Of a DNA stretch of 64,000 nucleotides, positions 36,959 to 48,814 are shown piece after piece. Under the pieces are notes generated by a model, which did not search any database, was not told where the DNA came from, and saw only the letters and a list, made by a program, of their open reading frames with translations. The DNA lies in NCBI GenBank assembly GCA_965644295.1, contig CBFFRP010000296.1, forward strand, positions 310,001 to 374,000. Reading direction: 5' to 3'. The stretch is from Paraphysomonas bandaiensis (lineage: Eukaryota; Protista; Chrysophyceae). Position 1 is the stretch's first letter, and the number at the start of each line of letters is the position of its first letter. Both the position numbers and the translations under genes were made by a program.

Positions 36959-38263
36959 ATGGTAAAAATTGAACCCCCAAAGAGTCTGGCAGAGCTCTTC
37001 TCTGAATCCAGTAAGGCCAATTTCGCTCGAACTCATAAGCCTGAAGAATTTCAACCTAAAAAACGGCCTCAGGACGAAAAGGAAGAGCCCCCCAAAAGAG
37101 TGAAGAAACCTAAACATAAACATACCAAGAAAGAGCAAGATGAAGCTAGTGATGTCGCTCAAGATAGCACTCAAGCTGTGGACAATGACACATCTGATGA
37201 GGAGGCCAAAAAGCAGCGAACTGTCTTTGTTGGAAACATACCTATATCAGCAACATTAAAATCTGTACGTAAAATATTTAGTGAGTTTGGAGATATTGAA
37301 TCTATAAGGATGCGATCGGTACCTATATCTGGAACTGCTGTCGATGATCATGGCAATCAGAATCTTGTGAAGAAAGTATGTGTCAATACTGCTAAATTCG
37401 GTGACCAGAAGGGGTCATTCAACGCATATATTGTATATCGTAAAGCTGACTCAGTTTCGAATGCTTTGAGTGCAAATAATCGCGTGGTAGGAAATCGCCA
37501 CCTTCGAGTTGATAGAGCAATTCCCACGATGTTTAATCCTAAGCTATCTGTTTTCTTGGGTTCTCTGCCGTTCTACACTGATGAAGAAGAGCTGCGTAGT
37601 TTTTTTGCTGAGGTATTCATATTTTTTGTGGTGTTGCATATTTTTAATTCCTCTGTAGGCACTCCCAAATGGTCAGGAAGACATAGAGGGCATCCGTGTA
37701 GTGCGCGACCCCAATACACTTATCGGAAAAGGCATTGGATACCTGGCTCTTCGAAACCATGACGCAGTAATGAAAGCACTGTCTCTGGACGAGGTAAGAG
37801 TCTTACTTGTTGTGTATTCAGCCAATTGTATTACATTGGTAGACGAAGTTCAAGAAGAGAAAAATCCGAGTTACTACATGTGGTAAACGAACGAAACGGT
37901 CCGAGAAACAAAAGGCGGAAAGAGCTTCACAAACAACCACTTCTCAGAGCGATAGCAACAACTCAACGCAACCGGGATCAAGTTCCACGAATAGTGCTGG
38001 TGCAACCGGAGGAAGTAAAAAGAGGAAACGTGATTCTAAAGGTGACGACAACCCTGCGGTCCGGAGAATGAAAATGAAGGTGATATCACTTTTTTAATAT
38101 AATTCGGCGTGTTCATGATTCTTGTGAGCAGAAAGCCCTGTCTCAAATGGCTAAGAAAAAATCAACTCCGCATCAAAAGGTAAAAAGTAAGAAGAAGCTT
38201 GGTGGGGTGATCAAGACAGCTATGAAGGCAATGAAAATGACTAAGAAAATGAAATCGAAATAA
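36959..38263 (+). CDS. RBM34: RBM34/Nop12-like nucleolar two-RRM protein, multi-exon
   Basis: 'RTVFVGNIP', 'FGDIESIRMRSVP', 'NAYIVY', 'HLRVD', 'SVFLGSLPF', 'IRVVRDPNTLIGKGIGY'; Lys-rich termini. Confidence 0.85.
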
Positions 38264-38663
38264 GGTTTATATTAGTTCCTTGTATAGTATTAACCTTTAG
38301 ATAATTATAGTAAAACAATTGTTTCATGAGTATTTTTGGATTGAATGTGGACACAACTCTTTGTGAACCCGTGCAACATAGCTAGTAGAACCGTAGGGCC
38401 TCTATTCATTACATTAGCACAGTGTGGGATGTTCGTTTTATCCGTACTCCATACTGGAGGAAAAAGGAACTATCCGAAGTCGAAGTGGACACTCATCTAA
38501 CCCAATCATTTCACCTCATACACATATACATATATATATATATATATATCATATGCAGGGCGACTGTATTAATGGTATATATATGAGCCATGAGGCTCTC
38601 TGTATTTAGCTTCTCTATTTGTTTGTATACCGGCATTGGTGTGGACTGATATATTTCAACGAA

Positions 38664-41600
38664 ATGTCATCCTCTACCAAGGCCGGAAAGTTGAGAGGAA
38701 AGATCGGGACGTTTGCTCGTGAACGTGAAGAGTTTGAACAGAAAAAGAAGGAGCTTCAGGAGGAAATGATGAAAGAGAAACAAAACATGGGGAGAATAAG
38801 GAGAGGTATGTGAGGGAATGATATGAGAATGCAGGCTGATAGCGAAGACCCCTCTCCTGATGAGAATACAGTTCCTAAACTAAAGTCCAAGAAGTCTGTG
38901 CGGCATATGTATAAATCAGCTGAGCAATCGACACCTGATAACATCCCTAAAATGCCACCGATTCCCAGTTGTTCGAAAGTTAGCGACTGGGCCTATACCG
39001 GAAATATCTATTCTTCTCCCCCAGTGGTTAAAAGTCAAGAGCTATATGAAGATGTACGATTTCTGGGTAGAGGGTCATATGGAACTGTGGACTTAGTCAA
39101 GAGCAGAGAGGATAATAGATTGTGAGATTTATATGCCGTTTAGAGTGATGTGATATATTATATACTATGACGTCAGTTTATTACGTGCTGGGATAATAAT
39201 GCGCGGTTTATAGATCGTTACATACATATATGCGGAAGTATATGACTCTACATTTTCCGTTTAGGTGGCATTAGCTCTGTCTTATCTTCACTCTTTTGGT
39301 ATCGCTCACCGTGATATTAAACCAGTAAATATTCTCTTGACTGATTGCGGTAAGTTTCTCCATTGGTCGTCACTCTGTTGACTCGTTTATTTTCTCATGA
39401 GACAACGCTATATTATGCAGCTACAACGATGACTCTTTGATATAACAGGGGAGGTGGCCCAGCTTGCAGATTTTGGTCTGGCAACAGAAGTATCAGATCC
39501 GGCCGCCTTGGAGACTGCAGAAGTAGGTACTCCATACTACACCTCCCCGGAGATGATAAATAAAAGTCCAAGTGTTCTCGCATCAGATAATTGGGCTTTA
39601 GGTGAGGGACAATATCTGTAGTTTCCAGCTGATATCTCTCTAATGTGTCTGTTGATTTGATACGATTTGTGGATATTTGATGTACTGAATGTACTGCTGC
39701 AGATGTAGTTATCATTCGTGATATAATATTAAATATGACTGTGCGTACAGGGGTGGTGCTGTTCGAGATGCTCGCGCTTCAACTTCCTTTTGACGGAGCT
39801 TCCACTGTGGATCTCGTCAGGAGTATTCTAAATGAGCCACCGCACCGGCATCTCATCCCTCCGAAACATTACACGAACGACGTGATTCAACTGGTTGACG
39901 GTATAGTTCACGTAGCATATTTCTGTGGATAGGTGTGATGCTGGTTTGAACATACAATGAAGTGTATTATATTGCGTCCTAAAATTAGTGTGTTATTGAT
40001 TTTTTTGATATCAACTATTTTTGAAATATTTAAATCGACTGCGTAGGTCTGCTTACGAAGAAAGCATATGCACGTATGACGGTGAATCAGTTCTTGCAAC
40101 AACCAGTGATCTATCACAAGGTGTGTTCTTGTCACGGCATGCGTTCTGGTTTCATAAGTCGTTTCGCTTTGCCACTGTTTTCAGTCCATCTGTTGTTATG
40201 CCTACATATGATATGCCTACAGGTTACAATGTTACCCGCTTGCTATCGACCCAAGTACTTAGAAGAGAGACTACGCCGCTATCACGTACGACAGATGATG
40301 ATACAATGTGACAACCTCAGTACTGTCCCTGTATCGAATAAATTTCAAAGGGTACTCCCCGGACAGAAAAATGCGGACCGTGCGGTGCATCCGCCAGTAG
40401 AAAGCTCACCTACTGTAACTTCGACCCTAAGCCAATTCCATTTAGAGAGGAAGTAAACGTGAATTTATCACCTCTACTACTACGCAGGCCATAACTACTC
40501 CTCCTGATGCAAAAGACACTGATATCACAATAATGACAGTCTCATCTAGCCTCCCCGCGCTAGATTTCTCAGGGTCCTGCACTTCAAGTGCTAACCCTGA
40601 CTCAGCCGGACCCACTCTACTCCCGTCTAACGAGAATTCGCCTAAGGAGAACATATCCGCGAGTAATACGAGGAATCCATTCTCAGGCACGGCGACGGAT
40701 GACGCGGACATGCTACACAAACATGCCATGGGGGCAATAGAGCAACTTGCCGATTGGTACAACTGGCAAGACAGTCGTTCTTACCTCGGATAAAAATGAA
40801 ACCGCAATAAACACTGGTATATCTGATCTTGACGGTTTTATTTTATCGGGGAGTATGTCATATTTGGAGTCTAACAACCGATTTTTTCGTCCGAACAGTT
40901 CCGCATCGGAGATATCACCTCTCACAAATTCTGCATCCCTTAATTCGGCAAGCGGTGCTGCAGAGTCTGCATTGTCGGAGACATCACTTGTTTTACGAAC
41001 CACCAGTGATGTAGCTGACCTCTGTAGTATTGTCGGATCGCTCCCTCCTCTCAAATTTATTACAGAACGCCCACCATCCGCTGACGGAATAGCCAAGAGC
41101 GCCAGGGAGATGAGGAAAAAATCAATTGAGAACCGGGTCAAGAGTTCAGAATCTTGCCGCGGGAGCAAATCGAGTCGAAGTAGTAGAGGTAGTCTTACGA
41201 CGGTAGCAAATGATTTGGAGGTGCCGACTTTGACTCATATTCAATTGGCAGTATCTGAAACTATTGATCAACTGACTATAGAGAACTTCGTCAATGGCAA
41301 GTTCATGGGTGGTGAACCAGAGAAGAATGCTGTGCGAACCGCGCTGAATGAGCCCCATGACGAAAAAGATTACAAAGTCGTGTGTGCTGGGGATGTATCT
41401 CGAATTTATTCAACCGAGAATTCGATGGTGAAACTATCACCATCTGAACAAGAGTGTAATTTGATATGTGAAGTTGATGCTAGCTCGCCTTTTGTGGAAG
41501 ATATGCCTTCTAAACACAGCGCAGATGTCAGACATAACACCAGTGCTTCTGGCAACGACGTTGATATCGAGCAAGATATGAATGTGGAACGCGCTTTGAT

Positions 41601-41754
41601 ACCTGAACTATCAACTGAGGAACTCACTAACAATAATACCAATCGAATCACACAATCTTCGCTATTGGAAACTGTACGGAGCCATGGGCCTCCTGTTATT
41701 ATTTCGTCGCTGAACTTATCAAGTGACGGGGCAGTCGTGGTCGAAAACGGTTAA
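38664..41754 (+). pseudogene. NEK-like Ser/Thr kinase gene, apparently disrupted
   Basis: G-loop 'LGRGSYGTV', 'HRDIKPVN', 'LADFGLA', 'GTPYYTSPE', 'SDNWALG', 'LFEMLALQLPF'. No subdomain II-V sequence is visible, there is an in-frame TGA at 38811-38813, and a frame change near 40750-40790. Confidence 0.6.
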
Positions 41755-42505
41755 GTCTAGCTTATGGTTTAAGTTTAGATGGTTGTGTGTCTGTCCGTGT
41801 GCATGAAATATCTATTCCACTTCGTTATTTGAAGATATAAAAGGAATAGATTTTATATAACGAGGGTGTAATATTTCCTCTGTATTTTTGTAGAACTAAG
41901 TAAATTATTAATATAGTATTTTGACAAGAGTGACATTCGCGTCATTTTGTGTTTGTGTATGTATGGGAATATGTTTCCAACTTAGTATCGCCAAAAACAC
42001 ATTCGAATTATATTTCGATTAATGCTCGGTTTGAACAGAAGTTATCTTCTATCTTAAATATGATAATACACGATTTTAGGGAAACTACAATGATGAACTG
42101 CACATGTTTACACTGAAGGACTACACGTCCGTGCAGCTCTCACACTTACTTCAGGAAGCGTGTCTGGCTTTTACACACCTACTGCTAATAATCATACATT
42201 CACTGCTAGTTGATCTAGTACAATTGCCGTTCCCGAAGCTTTTACATTTATACATACCATTGATTTGAAACAATACTTTGATTTGTTTGTTTGTTTTCTT
42301 ATTAATGCCAATCACCTATTTCCCTTATGAGAAAGCAAGCTACAAAGAGCTATACATTTATATATATATTAGACTTATAGCATCATGAGGATAAAAACTA
42401 CAATTTAATCTAGGGTAAAGAACCCTATATACCATCTCTTGTCCAAATTTTAAAACTCGAGGTTTTCGCCCTCGTTTCATATATAGCCTCCTTATTACCC
42501 GTGGT

Positions 42506-42784
42506 TATTAGAATATGGATCTTATTCTAGTACATTCAGTATGTCACTTGAAGACAATGTGCGAGAACACAGTGAGATATAGTGACGTACAAATGCTGTG
42601 ATGATATTGAGAAACTTAAATAGTTTGATCTTACAAGATGTGTTTAGTAACGAGAGGTTCACACATGTAGGAGAGTATGCGCGGAACAAAATGAGTTTGT
42701 GTTGCTTATCACAACTACGTATATCTATCTATTCTAACGACAAATTCTCTCTGAGATCTAGTTTAGAATGAGCAATTTCCAACA
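42506..42784 (+). mobile_element. Solo LTR of the Copia family at 14390-17997
   Basis: Colinear high similarity to 17702-17997; 5-bp TSD gtggt (42501-42505 and 42785-42789). Confidence 0.93.
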
Positions 42785-43070
42785 GTGGTTATATCTAACT
42801 ATATCGGCATCCCGTTTATTAATTTTCATATATATAAATGGAGAAGATCAGAATTATATAAAATGCACTAAAATTGAAATCTCAAGTCGCTATATCGCAA
42901 TGTCACTATACCCCAGGGCAATACCCTGACATCATGTATCAGTATTTTGAGTAGAAAAGTATTGTTATAAGAACTAGAAGTACCATTCCTTAAAGCTGGC
43001 ATATAATAGCAACCACTTCATACACATTGTTCAATGCTAATCTTTTCTTTTTATTGCAATGAATATGAAA

Positions 43071-43994
43071 TTACATGTCGTCATTGACATCATCACAGTT
43101 CATTCCAAAGTCCCCTCGATGGGTTTCATTGGTGGTTCTGCCTCGCGGCACCCATGAATAGAGCAAATTTCTTATATTTTTGTTTGTGCGTACAAATGCA
43201 ACTACATTCATCAGACCCAAAAGGGTGGGGGATATATCAGATAGTGCATCAAGTGCAGCGTATCCGGCGAAATTCCGTACACCGAGTCCGACCAATATGT
43301 CAAACACTGTCGGTATGGACCAACAAATAAGCACATTGATTGGATACCACACAAATTTCTGCAAACTACGCACTACCTGCGCTCGAAAGTCTGTTGTAAG
43401 GGTAGTGCGCACTTCTGTGTGAGTTGTGTATATTCGCCTAACTTCCACCACAAGAGCAACTAAAAGCGTAAAATATATCAACATCGAAGACCACATCCAG
43501 AAATAAAAAGAAACTATCACCCAGAACGTAATCGTCCATTCTGGAGAGTCAGATCGCTCAGCAATGAAGCACCACCCGTTCTCATGCCTTCCATTTGTAC
43601 CATATGTATTCGTAGTCAGCGGCAAGATTGTTAGTATGGCCGGAACAGTCCAGCAGAAGCAATAAATCTTCCAGGAAAATATATCTACAACTTTTCGCCG
43701 GTATATATTAAGACATAACATGTACGATATAAGCGTTGTCCAAAATACACCGGCTACAGGAAATAAGTTCGTCAAGATGCCTTGGATCCAACACGCAGCA
43801 CTTCCCTCTGACGGGTGTCCCAACAGCATGCCGACAGATGAGAATAAATCAGATACACATATAAAAAATATGAGTCGGTTGAATACAGTCTTTCTGACGG
43901 TTTCATGTTGAGCGAATAAGATAATTATACGTAAACACGCGACACATGACAGAGATGCAAACACACGCATCACGAGCACTGTAGTGGCTGCCAT
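43071..43994 (-). CDS. cAMP-receptor-like / GCR1-like 7TM GPCR (5' end uncertain)
   Basis: Seven hydrophobic segments; 'LIFFICVSDL', 'CWIQG', 'FWTTLISY', ECL2 'GWCFI', 'YPINVLICW'. Confidence 0.82.
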   Translation of the reverse strand: MAATTVLVMRVFASLSCVACLRIIILFAQHETVRKTVFNRLIFFICVSDLFSSVGMLLGHPSEGSAACWIQGILTNLFPVAGVFWTTLISYMLCLNIYRRKVVDIFSWKIYCFCWTVPAILTILPLTTNTYGTNGRHENGWCFIAERSDSPEWTITFWVIVSFYFWMWSSMLIYFTLLVALVVEVRRIYTTHTEVRTTLTTDFRAQVVRSLQKFVWYPINVLICWSIPTVFDILVGLGVRNFAGYAALDALSDISPTLLGLMNVVAFVRTNKNIRNLLYSWVPRGRTTNETHRGDFGMNCDDVNDDM

Positions 43995-44509
43995 TGCTGT
44001 GGATGTATTGAGTTACCCACTCCGCACTGGTCAATACCCCTTTAACAATACAAACTCTATATACTCTAATGGCAGTGTCTGATAGTGTTCTGAGAGGTAT
44101 GAGTGTGAGGGGCTGGAGCTGAGCTGACATGAAGATGAACATGTGCACGTGAAGATGATGATGTGCTCCGAGCTCTTCGGACTACACACCACACACCCGA
44201 TAAGATATCCAATCAACACTATAAATATCGTGGTTCTATGATATAATTGGTTAAGCACTCTATATACAAAAGTACGTATTGGTGGTCCCGTCCTACGTGT
44301 GTATTCCCGAGTATACCACTTGTAGTGCTCAGTCCGTTAACGTTACGGCACATATGATCCATACAGCATACAGAGTACTCCACATGACCCACGTACATAG
44401 ACTTGCCTCCAATATAGCCAGCGATCCCGCATCTTCATGAACAAACTCCTGTAAGCGATCTCCAACACCTTCAACTCATATTTTGGAGCTAGCAAGTAAA
44501 GAAGGATTG

Positions 44510-45361
44510 ATGGATGATGAGGAAATTAAACTCAAAATTCAAGCGATACGTGACTCTGCGGAGCTGCCATCGCCCCCACCCAGCCCACGCCTGCCTGATC
44601 TCCATGCTGACCACACAGTTCGACAAAAAGTTTTTATTATACAGAGATTTATTGCATGTTTTCAATACAATTACACCGGACGACCTTTTGTCAAGATGCA
44701 AAAGAATAGAGGGATGAAACATATATCAAGTTGCGCTAAACAGATCATTCATGCTGCTCTTCCCATACAGTGTGTGGAAGCAGTATTTCTTGGCTGTTTA
44801 TTGACTGCTGGTATGACTCCTCTTGACCGCGTTCCACTTAGTTTCAAGAGCAAATTCGGATCGAACACCCACCGGCATATTGTGTTGGCAGTCCGATTTG
44901 ATGGAAAGTGGGGTGCCATAGGAATCTCACGAAGAGCTAACCTAATGAACAAAGATATTCGTTTTGATTCTCTTCCTGACATGGTGGAGGACTACAAGCG
45001 ATGTTATGAGAAGTGTCGTCACCGACTGGTATCAGTGTACGTGGGTTTGCCTTTCTCCCACGATGTGTTTTCTGACATGCCCGTAAAATGGAAGGTACTA
45101 AAGGTAAATGTGAGCGACATTGAGCGTATGGAGTATGTGGAGCAATTGAATCACTTCACAACAACAATGGGGAAAATGTTTGAGTATTTCCGACGAGAAG
45201 GTACTCTCCCAAGCAATAACTCTCGACGTGAGCAGGTGCCTGTATTTCGCCGTTCGAGCACGAAAAAAACATCCAAAAAGAGAGACAGAACTAATAGTAA
45301 GAAAACTTTATTAGATGGTGATGCAAACGATGAAGGAAGTTTATTAGAGAGCAACCCGTAG
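44510..45361 (+). CDS. VASH: Vasohibin-family tubulin carboxypeptidase (detyrosinase)
   Basis: 'FQYNYTG', 'ALPIQCVEAV' (catalytic Cys), 'HRHIVLAV', 'WGAIGISRR.NLMNK', 'VGLP'. Confidence 0.9.
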   Translation: MDDEEIKLKIQAIRDSAELPSPPPSPRLPDLHADHTVRQKVFIIQRFIACFQYNYTGRPFVKMQKNRGMKHISSCAKQIIHAALPIQCVEAVFLGCLLTAGMTPLDRVPLSFKSKFGSNTHRHIVLAVRFDGKWGAIGISRRANLMNKDIRFDSLPDMVEDYKRCYEKCRHRLVSVYVGLPFSHDVFSDMPVKWKVLKVNVSDIERMEYVEQLNHFTTTMGKMFEYFRREGTLPSNNSRREQVPVFRRSSTKKTSKKRDRTNSKKTLLDGDANDEGSLLESNP

Positions 45362-46029
45362 AATCGAATACGTATTCTGTGTTTGTCTCTTGTAAAAATG
45401 TTTTCGTGTTGCCTTTACGTACGTGGTTGATAGTACGACTACATGCACGATATGTGTGGAATGTGTTCATTACAATCAATTGCGGGGCACATTGTAGAGT
45501 GGTTAGATTAGATATTGTACTGTTATATGTTCGCATACATATTCATTGTAAATAAATAAATATCTCTTCTCCTCCTCTAAGTTTATATATAGCGGTTCAC
45601 TGGCACGAATCTGATGTCGAAGCATTCAGTAGTAGTGCCATATTATTAGAACTGCGTAGTCCTTTAGTCATATTCAAGTTGATCACTGTTCATTGTAAAC
45701 GTATCAACACTGTATAGAGTATAGATAATACTTGTCTTCTATATTGATGCACGCGTCAAAGGAAGCTGTTTAAATTTTAGTTAAGGTTAGAATGACTTTG
45801 AGATTATCAGCATAAGAACATATTAATGAATATCAGTTTCACTACTATTGTTCTTATGATATCTTTAGTTTATGTAGTACTGTTAGTCACTGCTATATTA
45901 TTCTAGTAACGGTCATAATTCACATTCTTATGAATACAGCTTTAATTTCTGTGGCAGCAGCGGAATGTGACAATGAGATTGCAGCAACCATCAACACCAA
46001 TACTTTCTCGACAAAACATATATATCGAC

Positions 46030-46172
46030 AAAAAGTCGGACTCGCACCTTTTCGTGGTGTTCTGGGGGAATAATTACCGGAGATACTTCTCCAGGTAACT
46101 AACGTGAACAATTCATTATAGTTCTACCCATTCAATGCCAAACGCTTGTGTGGTACAACGGACACAAATATA
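46030..46172 (+). repeat. 5' head of repeat family A
   Basis: aaaagtcggactcgcaccttttcgtggtgttctggggg...ccaggtaactaacgtg matches 21945-22020. Confidence 0.85.
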
Positions 46173-46363
46173 AAAGGGACAGGCGCAATCTTAAAGGCAG
46201 CTTTTAATCGCTTAATCAACAGTGGCGATTATCGGTCAGTGCTGGGCCATATTAGGTACGATTAGGTAGAGTACAAACTCAAAACAATCATAAGTTACCC
46301 AACCTTTGCAGATGTAGTCAACACGCCAATGTTTATTAACTGCAATATATATACAACATCGAG

Positions 46364-48342
46364 CTACACTTTCGGAGTAATATCAATTCCTCTATCACGA
46401 GCGGTACTACTCTTCACACAGTTTACGATAAGACTTTTCCACTCGGCTTCAGGTATAATAATGTCCTAAGTGGGAATAAGTAATATAGGCACATTTCCAG
46501 AAATACTTTTACCTGGTTGATCCAGAACATCAGAGTTTCACGGCCATCCGCCTTCTTCTGTCCCTCAGCCAATATCGCTTCCTTTCCTTTCCTATGGTAT
46601 GTACGTATGGAATGATGGCAACCAGGACAAAGAAACAGCGTTCAACCTTTTCAGTTTCTCCTTGTTGGCTTGCTCGTATAGGTCCCAGTGAAAGACAACA
46701 TCATCTCTATAAAGTATATTTAAAAAGTTTTTACTTGTTCTATATATCACATTCCTGACCTATTTTTAACCTGCCACTCCTTGTAGACGACATTGGCGTT
46801 CAAAGTGGAGTCTTTAAATGTCGCTCTATGCTCATTTTTGTATGGCAATATCTGCAATAAGACAGATCTAGGGTGAAGAAATATGACATTGTCGAGCCCA
46901 GATCCATGCATTCCAATCAGCACATCCAACGATCGGAACTCTCGAACCTGCTCGTATATAGTCATCTCCTCAAGAGGGAGCAGTACACATTCATAGCCCA
47001 TTTCGGCCACAATGTCAGCAAGGTCGTACTCATTTAGGATAAATCTTTTCTTGCGCCGTGAGATTAGGCCGACCTTTACCCGATCTGCTGGGGGGGTCAC
47101 GTGGTCCAGGTCAAGATACGAGACTATACTTCTAACAGTCCTTCCAGGGTCAGTTCGACTTTGACTGGCACGCAATTCTGACATGGAACAGAAACATGCC
47201 CCAGCGGGTACTTGTTGATTCGATCTCCTCCAACAGTAGTCGGTGATTGTACCAAAAAAAGGAAACAGCATAGGGTCCCCAAGATTTCCAATAAGATAGT
47301 GTATATGTCTGGCCGATTCCTCGCCGACGTTGGAGATTACTCGCTCACGAGCGCCGAGAATGCTGGACCAAGACGCCATCCTGTTCGTGAACACAGCAGT
47401 AAGTACCGGTCTATACAAACTACTAGAAAACGACATAGGCGTACCAATGATAAAACATGGCTTGTGACTCACTGTCAATGTCCACGAGAACTGATGGTTG
47501 ATTTACCCACACCTTACACATACCCGGCCTGTTCTCTCTCGAAAGACGTCCTTGTGGGTTTACTGTTACGGGGTTAGGGCAACGAGCTCCCTGCTGTTGC
47601 GAGGAGGACACAGATGAAGATCCAAAGTCTACACAAATCAATCGCTTATTGTCCCACACACATAACTCATTGCTAACACAGGCCTCGTAACCGTGTATCA
47701 TACAGCTGTCTCCAAGAATGTTGCTGCCACAGAACTACTATTAGCAACGCAAACCACACGGGGAACTGGGTCAGCAATATACAGAGCCAGCATATATTAC
47801 TCAAAGGCAAGAAAGCAAACTTACCATCCGCTGTAGTTCATCAATGGACCATGGTTCTTGCCAAACCGCTTCCCTATACCACTCTCGTGATATCTCGTCA
47901 AGTAATCCGTCAGCTGCTCCTCTTTGGACACCAATAATCTTAAGTTCCCTTGGTTTGCGCCGAATCTCTGCCAAGAACTAAAGTGTTTTGGAATAATATG
48001 ATGCCAATCAATTTTGGCTTGCCGCCAAGCCTGGACAATGGGCGGAAGTTCCAAAAAGTCTCTAAATAACTGTGTGTACGAGCTCTCTGCGCTCTGCTTT
48101 TCATATGCATTCGACACGATAACCTCCTTGATTTGATGCGCCTCTACACTAATATTATTATTCATAGAAGAAGGATCTTTCCGATCCCCTCTGAGGAGAG
48201 TGTCGGTGGACACCTGTGTGAGAGATCCGCTGTTGATGTCGTGCATACCACTGGCGACTATTATCTGAAATAACAGACCTAACACAAAGAAGACAACAGC
48301 TGCGGATAGGAGGATAATGTAGAAGCAACGTCCTTTCCTCAT
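46364..48342 (-). CDS. Glycosyltransferase family 61 (DUF563), type II membrane protein, multi-exon
   Basis: N-terminal TM anchor, 'MFYHW', 'ISRRKKRFILNE', 'EQVREFRSLDVLIGMHGSGLDNVIFL'. Confidence 0.85.
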
Positions 48343-48814
48343 GGTCCTTCTAGTGTAGGGAGATGAGGGCTAGGGATGCATATCGGTGCAACTTAAAGTG
48401 CCCAACAGATCCACAGCGCAGTCAGAGCAGCTGAGCAAGTGGTCAACAGCGGTATTCTATGTATACACACTGTATTCATATACCGCTCCATACGCTCAAA
48501 CTATTCTCTGTATACCGGTATACAGTGTATTCTACGATTCCAAAAAAATTCCGTTTCAACCAACCGCTCTGCAGGTAGATATACGCATTTCTCCAGGCAC
48601 ACACACACCCACCTGAGGAGTGATGTACAGCAGCAGTATGTACTTGTATATGTATGTATGTCTATGTATATGCATGTATTCCTCAACTGAAACAGCCTCT
48701 GCTCTCAACACTCGAACTATTAATGCAAGCTGACTCTAACCACAGCAGCTAGAACACCGATATTCGTTACAGCACCTGCTACAGACACAACATGTTGCTC
48801 TTTTAACCGTGATA

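Noticed and set aside
38811-38813. Selenocysteine or genetic-code reassignment at the in-frame TGA of the kinase
   Set aside because: TGA ends another gene normally here (phospholipase C), the site is in an unconserved region, and the gene has other lesions.
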